64,000 bases of DNA. Origin: an uncultured Acidobacteriota bacterium (GTDB lineage Bacteria; Acidobacteriota; Thermoanaerobaculia; UBA5066). Positions within the stretch are counted from its first letter, which is position 1, and the number at the start of each line of letters is the position of its first letter. The notes below the pieces were generated by a model that had not been told where the DNA came from, did not search any database, and was given only the letters and a program-made list of their open reading frames with translations. Made by a program: the position numbers and the translations under genes. Of this stretch, positions 1 to 11,024 are shown one piece after another. Location of the stretch: NCBI GenBank assembly GCA_963801475.1, contig CAWDEX010000001.1:2118271-2182270 (forward strand), written 5' to 3'.

Positions 1-25
1 CCGCGGCCAGCGTCACGGCTGCGAC

Positions 26-2081
26 CTACGCCTGGATCTCGCTGAAGCGGGCGACGCGGAAGAACTGGTCGCGCATGGCGCGGAGGAGGGCCACCCGGTT
101 GCCCCGGAGCGCCGCGTCGTCGGTCAGGACCATCACCTCGGTGAAGAAACGGTCGAGCGAGGGGCCGAGCGACGCCATGATCGAGAGGGCGACTCGGTAG
201 TCCCGCTGACCGATCAGCTCGTCGAGGACGCCCTTGGCCTGCATGTAGTCTCCGGCGAGCGCCCGCTCCGCGTCTTCGCAGATCAGGGCCGGATCCAGCT
301 CGCCGCCGGTCTTCCCCGCCTGCGCCAGGATGTTCTGGATCCGCTTGAAGGCGGTCGCGACCGGGACGAAGTCCTCCTCCGCGCGGGCCGTCTCGACGGC
401 CGCCACCCGCTCCGCCGCGTCGGCGACGTCGCTGCAATCGGTCGTCAGGACGGACTCGATCGTGTCGGGACGGAGGCCGCGCTTTTCGAGAAGGAAGCGG
501 AGCCGGTCGAGGAGAAAGGCGTTCAGCTCGGGAACCACCTCGTCCCCTGTCCGCGGCAGGCTCCCGTGGAGCGCGATGGCGTCCGAGCAGGCCACCGGAA
601 GGTCGAGGTGCCAGCCCTTGTCGAGCAGGATCTTCACGACGCCGAGAGCCGCCCGGCGGAGCGCGTACGGGTCCCGCGAGCCGGTCGGAACGAGGCCGAG
701 CCCGAAGAGGCCCGTCAGCGTGTCGAGCCGGTCGGCCAGCGCCACGATGCCGCCCACGTCGCCCCGCGGGACGTCATCCTCGGCCGAGGCGGGCCGGTAC
801 TGGTCGTAGAGCGCCTGCCAGACCTCGTCCGGGGCCCCTTCGCGGCGCGCATAGAGGCCGCCGACGACGCCCTGCAGATCGGGGAACTCCCGGACCATGT
901 CCGTGACGAGGTCGGTCTTGGCGAGACGCGCGGCCTGAACGACCAGGGGGGCCTTGTCCGCGAACCCGAGCCGCGTCGCGAGCCGTTCGGCCAGTTCCTG
1001 GATCCGCCCCGTCTTCCGGAGGTAGTCGCCGAGCTTCTCCTGGAAGCCGAGCGACCCGAGGCGCGGGAGGCGCTCCTCGAGACGCGTCTTCGTGTCGTCC
1101 TCGAAGAAGAACCGCGCGTCGGCGAAGCGGGCGTTCAGCACCCACTCGTTCCCGCGGACGATGAACCCCTTCGGGTCGCCCGCCTGATCGGCGACCGCGA
1201 GGAAGTGCGCCGCGAGGCCTCCCGCCGTCCGGACGGGGAACACCTTCTGGTGTTCGCGCATCGAGGTGACGAGGACTTCCTCGGGAAGGGCGAGGTACCC
1301 CTCGTCGAACGAGCCCCGCACCATGAGGGGCCACTCGACGAGATGGGCGAGCGTGTCGAGGAGGGCCTCGTCGCGCGCCGGCTCGCCGCCGGCCCGGGCC
1401 GCCAGCTCGCCGGCCTGCGCCGCCAGGGACGCCCGGCGTGCGGAGGCGTCGGGCTCGACGAAAGCCGCCCGGACCTTCGCGAAGTAGTCGGCGACGCCGA
1501 CGACGACGAGGCGGCCCGGCGCGAGCGTCCGGTGGCCGAAGGTCGTCCGGCTCGTCTCGACGCCGAAGAGCGAGAAAGGAATGACCAGGCCGTCGAAGAG
1601 GGCGAGGACGGAGTGGACGGGCCGGACCCAGAGCGGGATCCCGTCGCCCCATCGCATCATCCGCGGGAAGCTCATCTTCGAGACGATGGGCGGGAGGAAT
1701 TCCGCGATGACCTCCACGGCCGGGCGGCCCGGGACCGTCTTCGTCGCGACGACGTAGGGTCCCTTCGGGAGCTGCTCGACCCGGAGGTCGTCCACCGTGA
1801 CGCCCTGCGCCCGGGCGAAACCGTGCGCGGCCTTCGTCGGGGCGCCCTCGGCGTCGTAGGCCGCCGCCGCCGAGGGGCCGACGACCTCGCTCGTCAGGTC
1901 GGGCTGGTGGTCGGCGATCCCCTCGCCGACGAGGACCAGCCGCCGCGAGGTGGAGTGGACCTCGAGCGTCCCGCCGAGGCGAGCCTCCCGCATGGCCTCC
2001 TGCACTCTCCGGAGCAGCTCCTCGCGCGCCGCGGGGAGCACGCCCGCCGGAATCTCCTCTGCCAGGATCTCCAGGAGAAAT

Positions 2082-2089
<8 letters not shown>
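26..2089 (-). CDS. glyS: glycine--tRNA ligase beta subunit
   Basis: The 687-aa ORF begins [15 protein letters not shown], the conserved N-terminus of GlyS beta. Its length is typical for the family. It lies directly downstream of glyQ on the same strand. Confidence 0.9.
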
Positions 2090-2972
<883 letters not shown>

Positions 2973-3035
2973 CGCGTCGTCACCAACAACTCCAGGAGAG
3001 CGAAGGAAGTGTACCGGAATCGCGTGGCGGGCCGG

Positions 3036-3776
3036 TCAGCCGAGGCTTCCGAGGAACCGGTAGCTCTTCAGCTCGTGGCCGAGAAACCGCCGCCGGATCT
3101 CGCGCGCCATCTCGTCGAGGGCGGCGAGGGCCCCGGCGTCTGCGGGCCGTGTCGCCACATCGGGGAGGGAGCCCTTCCGGAAGGCGGCAAGGAGCGGCCG
3201 GGCCGACGCCGGCACGGGAATCGCCCCGCGGCCGGCGCACTCGGGCGAGACGAACCCCGGGATCTCCGGGTCGAGACGCACGCTCCCCGGCGGGAGCGGC
3301 TCGCCGCACGCGGCGCAGACGACGTCGTCGGGAAGGAGCCCGGCGAACCGGAGGAGCCAGCTCTCGAAGTAGCGCGCCGCGACCGACGCCGGAACGCCGT
3401 CGCGGAGCGCGCCCAGGACGTGCCTCACGAGGCGGAAGACTTCGTCCCCCGGCTCGGCCTCGGGGACGAACGTCGCCGCGCTCTCGGCCACGTACGGCAG
3501 GAGCATCGCCGTCTCCTCCCGGGAGGCGAGGTCGAACGAGCTCCGGACGAGTTCGATCCCGTCGAGCCGCGCCAGGTCCGCCCCTTCCTTGCGGAAGAAG
3601 GTGACGGCGACCTCCGAGAGGAGCTGGAGCGAGGCCGCCCGCTTCGACGCGCCGCGCGCCCCGCGCACGGCGGCGCGGACGACCCCGTCACGCTCGGTCA
3701 GCAACGCCGCGACGAGGTCCTTCTCCGAAAGCGGGTCGAGCCTCAGAATGAAGGCGCGAGTGGCGAGGAGCGACAT
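3036..3776 (-). CDS. recO: DNA repair protein RecO
   Basis: The ORF is RecO-like from MSLLATRAFILRLDPLSEKD..., with an OB-fold N-terminus and a Cys-rich C-terminus (CAACGEPL...PECAGRG). The start was moved to the internal ATG at 3776; the listed ORF begins further upstream at a spurious start. Confidence 0.75.
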   Translation of the reverse strand: MSLLATRAFILRLDPLSEKDLVAALLTERDGVVRAAVRGARGASKRAASLQLLSEVAVTFFRKEGADLARLDGIELVRSSFDLASREETAMLLPYVAESAATFVPEAEPGDEVFRLVRHVLGALRDGVPASVAARYFESWLLRFAGLLPDDVVCAACGEPLPPGSVRLDPEIPGFVSPECAGRGAIPVPASARPLLAAFRKGSLPDVATRPADAGALAALDEMAREIRRRFLGHELKSYRFLGSLG

Positions 3777-5103
3777 CGTCCCCGATTCTCCCGCGACGGG
3801 CCGCCTTCCGCCCGCGGTCGTCCGGCTGGGGTGGGTCTCGTTCCTGACCGACGTCTCCTCCGAGATGATCGTCCCGCTCCTCCCGGCCTTCCTCGCCACC
3901 CTCCCGGGAGCGCCGGCCCGGGCTCTCGGCTGGATCGAGGGGATCGCGGAGACGACGGCTTCGGCCACGAAGATCCTCTCGGGCCGCTGGACGGACAGGG
4001 CCCGGGCCAAGAAGCCGCTCGTCCTGCTCGGCTACGGCCTCTCGTCGGTCGTCCGCCCCCTGATCGGCCTCGCCCCGAGCTGGCCGACGGTCGCGGTGAT
4101 CCGTTTCTTCGACCGGGTCGGGAAGGGAATCCGCGGCGCGCCCCGGGACACGATGATCGCCGCGGCCGCGCCTCCCGAACGGCGAGGCGCCGCCTTCGGC
4201 CTCCACCGCGCCTTCGACAACGCCGGCGCGGTCCTCGGCCCGCTGGTCGCCGCCGCGCTCGTCGGCCTCGCCGGCCTCTCCTTCCGGACCGTCTTTCTCC
4301 TGGCCGCAATTCCGGCGGTGTTCTCCTTCCTGGTTCTCGGATTCATGGTGAAGGAAAAGATTAGAAGGGATTCAGTCGGGGAGAAGGACCGAAAGAGCTC
4401 TTCGAAAGTTGAAGAGTCGACGGGCGGCGTGCCCTCCGACGCCAGCGCGCACTGTTTGAGCGAAGCGAGTTTGCGCGCCAAGGAGGAGGGGATGCCGCCA
4501 GGCGAACGCGCGGCGAGCGGTGTGCTGTCCGACGCCGGCGAACTTTCGCCCGCTTTCTGGCGTGTCGCAGGCGTCGTCGGTTTCTTCACGCTCGCCGCGT
4601 CGTCCGACACGTTCATCCTCCTCCGCGCCCGCGAGATCGGGATCGCAGCGGCATGGCTGCCGCTCCTCTGGGCCTTCTCGAACGCCGTGAAGTCGCTCTT
4701 CTCCACGTGGGGCGGCGGCCTCTCGGACCGCTTCGGGCGGCGGAGCCTTCTCCTCGCCGCGTGGGGCCTCTACGCCACCTGTTACGCGGCTTTCGCCGTC
4801 GTCACGAAGGCGGCCGTCTTCGTCGCGCTCGTGGGGGTCTACTCGCTCTACTACTCGCTCTCCGAGGGAACGGAGCGCGCGCTCGTCACGGACCTCGTCC
4901 CCTCCGCCTCGCGGGGCCGCGCCTTCGGCTGGCTGAACGGCCTGACGGGTCTCGCGGCCCTCCCGGCGAGCGCCGGCTTCGGCCTCCTGTGGGAGCGATT
5001 CGGCTCCGGGCCGGCGTTTCTCGCCGGGGCGGGGATCTCGGCCGCGGCCGCCGGGGCCCTTCTCGTCCTCGTCCCGGGCCGGCGCGCCGCAGGGAACCGC
5101 TAG
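3748..5103 (+). CDS. MFS transporter
   Basis: The protein has multiple hydrophobic helices and MFS-like loops (GRWTDRARAKKP, FFDRVGKGIRGAPRD). A long charged central loop is encoded by a locally lower-GC stretch. The start was chosen at the ATG at 3748, so the exact start is uncertain. Confidence 0.7.
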   Translation: MKARVARSDIVPDSPATGRLPPAVVRLGWVSFLTDVSSEMIVPLLPAFLATLPGAPARALGWIEGIAETTASATKILSGRWTDRARAKKPLVLLGYGLSSVVRPLIGLAPSWPTVAVIRFFDRVGKGIRGAPRDTMIAAAAPPERRGAAFGLHRAFDNAGAVLGPLVAAALVGLAGLSFRTVFLLAAIPAVFSFLVLGFMVKEKIRRDSVGEKDRKSSSKVEESTGGVPSDASAHCLSEASLRAKEEGMPPGERAASGVLSDAGELSPAFWRVAGVVGFFTLAASSDTFILLRAREIGIAAAWLPLLWAFSNAVKSLFSTWGGGLSDRFGRRSLLLAAWGLYATCYAAFAVVTKAAVFVALVGVYSLYYSLSEGTERALVTDLVPSASRGRAFGWLNGLTGLAALPASAGFGLLWERFGSGPAFLAGAGISAAAAGALLVLVPGRRAAGNR

Positions 5104-6413
5104 TCCTTCGCCTCCTCGAGCTGCTTCCGGATCGACGCGATCGTCCGGTCCGAGCGCTGCTCCGCCGGGAGCGCCTCCGCGTACGCCAGCATCTCCTGAA
5201 GTGTCTTCCTGGCGGCCTCGGCGTCGCCCTTCTTCTTCAGGAGATCGACGCGCGTGCGGTAGACGACGAGCTTTCGTGGCCCGTACGCCCGCGCCATCGC
5301 GCGGTCCGAGGCGGCGAGGGCGTCGTCGTACTTCTTCATCGCCCCGTAGGCGATGGCGAGGCGTTGCGGCGGGTTGTAGTCGTCCGGGAAATCCCTCTCG
5401 GAGGCGAGAAGCGCCGGGACGACGCGTTCGGGCTGGCCGAGCAGGAGCCAGACGGTCGTGAGGTGCGCGTCGAAAACGGCCCGCTCCGCGGGCGTCTTCG
5501 CCCTGGCGGTCTCGCCCTCGAGGTACGTGGCCCACGCCTCGAGGACCTTCTTCTCTCCGCCCTGGTCCTTCGCCGCACGCCGCTCCTCGGCGACCGTCTG
5601 GTAGACGGCCGAGACGTCGTCGGCCGCGAGACCGGCCTTCGGCCCCTCGAGAACCGACCGCGCGTCCGCCGCGAGGGCCGCGACGAGGGCGGCCTTCTTC
5701 GGCTCGCCGTCCTTCATCGAAAGGGCGCAGTCGAGACCGGAGCCCGCGACGTTTGCCGCCGACGGCGCGCCCCTGAGGCTCGCGAAGGCATCGCGCGCCG
5801 CCACGGCGCAGGCCTCGTGCTGCCCGCTGGAGGAGAGGGCGAACAGGAGGGATTCGACCGTCCGCGCGTACGAGGGCGATTCCGGGCGAAGCGTCCTGAG
5901 CGCCTCCCGATAGGCCGCGGCGGCCTCGGGGTTCTTCCCTTCAGCGAAGAGGCGATCCGCGTTCGCGAGGGCGGCCCCGGGAGCCCTGCCGCCCCCGGCC
6001 GCCTTCGCGCCGTCGTCGAGGATCCGGAGCATCTGCGGAGTCGTGGCGCCCCCGACCCAGCGGAAGACGATCTTTTCGGTCGCGGCGTCGATGACGTAGA
6101 ACGACGGCCAGACCTTGACCGGGTATTTCCCGAGAACGGCGGCGTTCTCGCGCTTCTCCGTGTTGATCGAGAGCCAGACGAACCGTCCGGCCTGCCGCCC
6201 GAGCGCCTTGTCCGTGAAGACGAAGGCCCTCATCGAACGGCACGTGTGTCACCAGGGCGCCCAGGCCTCGAGGAAGATCGGCTTCTTCGCGGACCGCGCC
6301 TCGGCGAGCGCCTTCGGGTAGTCGTCGGATATGAAGGGGAGGACTTCACCCCCGGACGCCGGCGCGGCCAGGAGGGCGGCGGCGAGCGCCGCCGGAAAGA
6401 GCGTCGTTCTCAT
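5100..6413 (-). CDS. secreted thioredoxin-fold/TPR protein, candidate selenoprotein (in-frame TGA=Sec at 6249-6251)
   Basis: Two same-frame ORFs (6249..6482 and 5100..6233) are separated only by a TGA. Read through, the sequence is ...KKPIFLEAWAPW-[TGA]-HTCRSMRAF..., so the TGA sits at the first Cys of the thioredoxin WCxxC motif. There is an N-terminal signal peptide (MRTTLFPAALAAALLAAPASG) and C-terminal TPR-like repeats. Confidence 0.6.
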
Positions 6414-6480
6414 GACGCGACTATACGGCCGCCTCCCGCCCGGCGCCCCGACAGGCCCCGGGCGAAGTAAGATCCCGGGC

Positions 6481-6729
6481 ATGTCCGGACCCGTCTGGAA
6501 GCGCCTCCGCCTCGAAGGGACGTGCGACGCCTGCGGCGCGGCGTCGAAGGAGCTCCTCGCCGTCGGAACCGTCGTCGACTTCTGTTTCCGCCCCGACTTC
6601 CGCTTCTGCCCCGCCTGCTACGAGCGGTACCGGGGCCGCCACGACGAGCTGCACCCCCAGGCCGTGGCCGAGCAGCAGAACCCGCCCGTGATCTCCCGGC
6701 CGTCCGGCGACTCGGATCTCCCCGAGTGA
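6481..6729 (+). CDS. small zinc-ribbon-like hypothetical protein (CxxC...CxxC)
   Basis: The 82-aa ORF reads MSGPVWKRLRLEGTCDACGA...FCPACYERY and has four Cys in two CxxC pairs. Its stop overlaps the start of the next gene. Confidence 0.4.
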   Translation: MSGPVWKRLRLEGTCDACGAASKELLAVGTVVDFCFRPDFRFCPACYERYRGRHDELHPQAVAEQQNPPVISRPSGDSDLPE

Positions 6730-7943
6730 TCCGGCGCTTCGCCGCGTCGCCGCTCCGGCCAATCGCCGAAAAGGTCCTCGCGGGAGAGCGCCTCTCGTTC
6801 GAGGACGGCGTGGCCCTGTTCCGCTCTCCCGACCTCCTCGGTGTCGGGGCGCTCGCCAACCGGGTGCGGGAACGGAGGCACGGCAACGTCGCCTACTACA
6901 ACGTCAACCGGTACCTCAACCCCACGAACCTCTGCTGGGTGGACTGCGGCCTCTGCGCGTGGGCGCGGAAGCCCGGCGTCGAGGGCGGCTACTCGATGTC
7001 GATCGAGGAGGCCGTCTCCGAGGCGGCCGCGGGATGGCACGACGGGATCACGGAGCTCCATGTCGTCGGCGGCCTCCATCCGTCGCTTCCCTATGCCTGG
7101 TATCTCGACCTCTGCCGGACGCTGAAGTCCCGCTTCCCCGGCGTCCACCTGAAGGCCTGGACCATGGTGGAGCTGGACTGGTTCGCGCGGGTCGGGAAGA
7201 AGGACGTCGTGGAGGTGATCCGGGACCTGAAGGGCGCGGGGATGGATTCCTGCCCGGGCGGCGGCGCCGAGATCTTCGAGAAGAGGGTGCGCGACGTGAT
7301 CTGCCGCGACAAGATCACCGGCGAGCGCTGGCTCGAGCTGGCGCGCCTCTGCCACCTCGAAGGGGTGAAGACGAACGTCACGATGCTCTACGGGCACGTC
7401 GAGAGCGCCGAGGACCGCGTCGACCACCTCCTCCGGATCCGGGCGCTGCAGGACGAGACGAAGGGGTTCCTCGGCTTCATCCCGCTCGCCTTCCACCCCG
7501 AGGAGACGCAGCTCCCGCACCTTCGGCCCGTCGACGGGATGACCGACCTTCGCGTCATCGCGGCCTCCCGGCTCCTGCTCGACAACGTCGACCACGTCAA
7601 GGCGTACTGGGTCCAGATCGGCGAGAAGCTGGCCCCCGTCGCCCTCCACTTCGGGGCCGACGACCTCGTCGGAACGGTGACCGAGGAGACCATCACGCAC
7701 GCCGCCGGCGCGAAGACCTCCTCGGGGCTCACGCGCGCGGAGATGGAGCGGATGATCCGGGGCGCCGGGCGCGAGCCGTTCGAGCGCGACGCGTACTACG
7801 AGCGCGTCGTCCGGGACGAGACGGGGCGCGTCCTTCGCGCCAACCGCTTCGACTTCGTCGCCCGCACCCCCGTCGCGCCGCCCCCGCACGCACCGGCTCA
7901 CCTGCACCCGTCGACTCTCGACGACGCCATCGCCTCAAGCTGA
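6726..7943 (+). CDS. radical SAM enzyme, menaquinone (futalosine pathway) MqnE/MqnC family
   Basis: The protein has the motifs YYNVNRYLNPTNLCWVDCGLCAW (CxxxCxxC) and a TIM-barrel radical SAM core resembling aminofutalosine synthase or cyclic dehypoxanthinyl-futalosine synthase. A GTG start overlaps the upstream stop. Confidence 0.7.
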   Translation: MIRRFAASPLRPIAEKVLAGERLSFEDGVALFRSPDLLGVGALANRVRERRHGNVAYYNVNRYLNPTNLCWVDCGLCAWARKPGVEGGYSMSIEEAVSEAAAGWHDGITELHVVGGLHPSLPYAWYLDLCRTLKSRFPGVHLKAWTMVELDWFARVGKKDVVEVIRDLKGAGMDSCPGGGAEIFEKRVRDVICRDKITGERWLELARLCHLEGVKTNVTMLYGHVESAEDRVDHLLRIRALQDETKGFLGFIPLAFHPEETQLPHLRPVDGMTDLRVIAASRLLLDNVDHVKAYWVQIGEKLAPVALHFGADDLVGTVTEETITHAAGAKTSSGLTRAEMERMIRGAGREPFERDAYYERVVRDETGRVLRANRFDFVARTPVAPPPHAPAHLHPSTLDDAIASS

Positions 7944-8004
7944 AGGGGAAGGAAGGCGGGCAAAGGGGGGACGCGCTTCCGGCGCTCCCCCCTCTGGATC
8001 CCCC

Positions 8005-9531
8005 CTATTCCGGCTTCACGGCCGCGATGAACTTCTGCGCGCGCGGGATCGAGCGCAGAACGTAGAACCGGACCCAGCGGTCCTTCGGGGCCTTCTTGAG
8101 CTGGGCCTGGAGGTCGCCCAGCGAGGAGACCTCGACGCCGTTCACCTCGAGGATGACGTCGCCCTCGGCGAGGCCGGCGTCGGCCGCGGGCGAGACCGGC
8201 TTGACGTGAGTGATCAGGACGCCCTTCTGGGCTTCGCGGTCGATCCGGTACTGGCGGCGAAGCTCCGCCCCGAGGTCCCGGATCTCGAGGCCGAGCGTCT
8301 TCTCCTTCTGACCGCCCCTGTCGGCCGTCTCCTCGACCTCGGGCTTCTCGCCCGGTTCGGAGCGCGTGGCGAGCGTCGCGACGGTTGACTTCTCCTTCCC
8401 GTCGCGGATGAACGTGACGGTGACCTTGGTTCCAGGGCTCTTCGAGGAGACGTAGTCGATGAGGTCCCGGTTCGTCTTCACGGGAGTGTCGTCCACCCGG
8501 ACGATGATGTCCTCGTGCTTCAGGCCGGCCTTGTCGCCCGGCTTGCCCGGCTCGACGGACTGAATGACGGCCCCCTCGGCGGACTTCAGCCCGTAGGCCT
8601 CCTGCAGCTTCTTGTCGACCGTGGCGATCGTGATGCCGAGGTAGCCGCGGACGACCTTCCCGGCCTTGAGCTGCGGGAGAAGCCTCTTGGCCACGTTGAC
8701 CGGGACGGCGAAGCCGATGTTCTGGGCGAAGCGCGAGATGGCGGTGTTGATCCCGACGACCTCGCCGGAGGTGTTCAGGAGCGGCCCGCCCGAATTGCCG
8801 AAGTTGATCGCGGCGTCGGTCTGGATGAGGCTCTCGAAGGAGCTCGTCGCCTGCGAGAGGCCGGCCCAGCGTCCCTTTCCCGACACGACGCCCACCGTGA
8901 CCGTCTTCTCGAAGTTGAGCGGGTCGCCGATCGCCATGACCCAGTCGCCCACGCGGAGCTTCTCCGAGTCGCCGAGGGTCACGGTCGGGAAGGGCGTCTT
9001 CCCCTCGATCTTCAGGAGCGCGAGGTCGGTCGCCGGGTCGCGGCCGACGACTTTCGCGTCGTAGTCGTCCTTTCCGTTCACCTTGACCTGGACCTTCGTC
9101 GCGTTCTCCACGACGTGGTTGTTCGTCAGGATGTAGCCGTCGGACTCGATCAGGAAACCGGTCCCGCCGGACATCTCCTTCCGCTCCTCCGGCTCCTCGG
9201 TGGAGCGGCGGCGGTCCGGCGGCATGAAGAAGTCGAAGGGCCCGCCTTCCTCGAATCGGTGGTACGGCATTCGCTGCCCCTTGACGATGTCCGTCGAGGT
9301 GACGGAGACGACCGCCGGGGAGACCTTCTCCACGAGGTCCGCGAAGGACGGCATGGCGACGGGCGAACCGGCACGGCCCGGCGCCGGAGCGGACGCCGCC
9401 GGGGCCGCGGCGGACGGCTTCTGGGCCGCCGCCAGCTTCGTCAGGTCGAGACTTCCCGCCAGGATCATTCCGACGATGACGGAGGCGGAGACGAGGGTCG
9501 CCACAGAGATCAGCTTGGTGGTGGTACGCAT
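8005..9531 (-). CDS. htrA: periplasmic serine endoprotease DegP/HtrA (Do family, 2 PDZ)
   Basis: The protein has the catalytic motifs TNNHVV, DLALLK and GNSGGPL plus two PDZ-like regions. A signal/TM sequence (MRTTTKLISVATLVSASVIV) is present. The start was set at the internal ATG at 9531. Confidence 0.88.
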   Translation of the reverse strand: MRTTTKLISVATLVSASVIVGMILAGSLDLTKLAAAQKPSAAAPAASAPAPGRAGSPVAMPSFADLVEKVSPAVVSVTSTDIVKGQRMPYHRFEEGGPFDFFMPPDRRRSTEEPEERKEMSGGTGFLIESDGYILTNNHVVENATKVQVKVNGKDDYDAKVVGRDPATDLALLKIEGKTPFPTVTLGDSEKLRVGDWVMAIGDPLNFEKTVTVGVVSGKGRWAGLSQATSSFESLIQTDAAINFGNSGGPLLNTSGEVVGINTAISRFAQNIGFAVPVNVAKRLLPQLKAGKVVRGYLGITIATVDKKLQEAYGLKSAEGAVIQSVEPGKPGDKAGLKHEDIIVRVDDTPVKTNRDLIDYVSSKSPGTKVTVTFIRDGKEKSTVATLATRSEPGEKPEVEETADRGGQKEKTLGLEIRDLGAELRRQYRIDREAQKGVLITHVKPVSPAADAGLAEGDVILEVNGVEVSSLGDLQAQLKKAPKDRWVRFYVLRSIPRAQKFIAAVKPE

Positions 9532-9641
9532 AGGCTCCTTCCCGAAAACTCCATGATACGAAACGGCCGGCCACGGGGCGGCCACCGGAGCGTCTGGCGC
9601 AAGTCGCGTGCCGGGGTCAGAACGGCCGGAATGGCATCTTC

Positions 9642-11024
9642 TCAGCGGCTCCCGCCGGATCGCTCGTCTTCGGGACGCATGTTGTAGAAGAACGTGATCG
9701 TCACCCCTTCGCGGTCCTTGCCGAGGTCGGCGGGGAGCGGCCGGAACCGGCTGGAGCGGGCGATCGCCTGGAACGCGGCGTTGTCGTACGGGGGGATGCC
9801 CGACGAGGCCAGGATCCGTTCCGCGTCCACGGTCCCGTCCTTCAGGATGAAGAACCGGACGACGAGCCGGCCCTTGACGCCGTAATGGGCGAGGGTCGGA
9901 ACGTCCCAGTTCCGCTTGATCTTCCGGAGCATGTCCGCCGCATAGGCGCCCCAGTCGTAGCCCTGCGTGTCGAAGGAGAGGGGCCCCGAGTCGACGAACC
10001 CCCCCTCGCGCTCGTAGCCGGCGCCTCCGTCGCCTCCTCCGTCCCCGCGACCGCTGGCGGCGTCCTCCGGTCGGACCGAGGCCAGCGGCTGTGGCGGGAG
10101 CAGGAGGGGCCGCTTGCTGCCGACATCGTCGTATCCCCGCGGCTGCCGGAGCGCCGTGAGGGATCGCGAGGTCTCGCTGCTGCTCTTGTCACCGGTCTCG
10201 ACACCGCGGGCGGACGGCGCCGGCGTGGGCGCGGCCGGCGCGCCCGCGGACCCCTTCTTCCCCGCCTCGAGATCCTGGATTCCCTGCTTCGCCACCGCTT
10301 TCGGTTGGGCGAGCGGCGGGAGCTTCGGATCTCCGCCGTGCGCCTTCCGGTCGAGGTCCGAAAGGAGCGGGTTCTTTCCGGGTGCCGGCGCCTTCGGGCC
10401 CGGAGCGGGGAAGAACTGGAGCGGGATGGGCGGCGGCGTCGGGTCGGGCGTCCAGAGACGCATGATCCCGAGCGGATCGTTCTCGTCGTTCAGGTCCTTC
10501 GGGACGCCGGGTCGGTGGCTCGGCGTGACGATCAGGGCGAGGAGCACGAGAAGATGGACGATCACCGAGGCCGCCGTCGCCCGTTCGCGCGAGATCCGGA
10601 ATCGCGAGACTTTTTCCGGGCCGGGAACCAGAGCATCGCGCAGCTCGAGGACCCGGGTGAGCGTCTCGCCGAGCGGCGTGAGGGCGAAGCCCCCTTCCGG
10701 CTCCGGCCACGGGCGCGGCGCCTCATCTCCTCCGACGACGTGGTCGTTCAGGCGCGGGAAGGCGAGATCCTTGAGCTGCGTCTCCTCGTCTTCGGCCTGG
10801 AAATCCTCGGGAGGGAGCTCGATGACGACGACTCGCGTCTTCTTGCGGAGCCGGGCCACTTCCGGGGAAAAGGCAAATGTCGGTTCCGAAGGGGGCCGGG
10901 GCCCCGATGGACGACCCTCCACGGGCCACGGCTCCGCCCTCTCCGTCCCCTCGATCAGGGGAGCGTTGAGGCCGAGTGTGGTCAGCTTTCCGATGTGCGC
11001 TCCTCGCCCGGGCTGGGCTGGCAC
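9642..11024 (-). CDS. TonB-family protein (C-terminal TonB domain) with long N-terminal extension
   Basis: The C-terminus (GRLVVRFFILKDGTVDAERILASSGIPPYDNAAFQAIARSSRFRPLP) is a typical TonB domain, and there is a Pro-rich linker. The single TM helix lies about 150 aa in. A GTG start at 11024 is used, but the true start is uncertain. Confidence 0.6.
   Translation of the reverse strand: MPAQPGRGAHIGKLTTLGLNAPLIEGTERAEPWPVEGRPSGPRPPSEPTFAFSPEVARLRKKTRVVVIELPPEDFQAEDEETQLKDLAFPRLNDHVVGGDEAPRPWPEPEGGFALTPLGETLTRVLELRDALVPGPEKVSRFRISRERATAASVIVHLLVLLALIVTPSHRPGVPKDLNDENDPLGIMRLWTPDPTPPPIPLQFFPAPGPKAPAPGKNPLLSDLDRKAHGGDPKLPPLAQPKAVAKQGIQDLEAGKKGSAGAPAAPTPAPSARGVETGDKSSSETSRSLTALRQPRGYDDVGSKRPLLLPPQPLASVRPEDAASGRGDGGGDGGAGYEREGGFVDSGPLSFDTQGYDWGAYAADMLRKIKRNWDVPTLAHYGVKGRLVVRFFILKDGTVDAERILASSGIPPYDNAAFQAIARSSRFRPLPADLGKDREGVTITFFYNMRPEDERSGGSR

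Noticed and set aside
3589-3747. The listed start of the MFS ORF, 160 nt into recO on the opposite strand
   Set aside because: Such a long antisense overlap with recO is unlikely. An internal ATG at 3748 precedes the first TM helix and shortens the overlap to about 28 nt.
7898-9574. A 558-aa minus-strand ORF overlapping htrA in another frame
   Set aside because: The alternate frame has an Arg/Gly-rich translation. The HtrA frame carries the catalytic triad and PDZ motifs.
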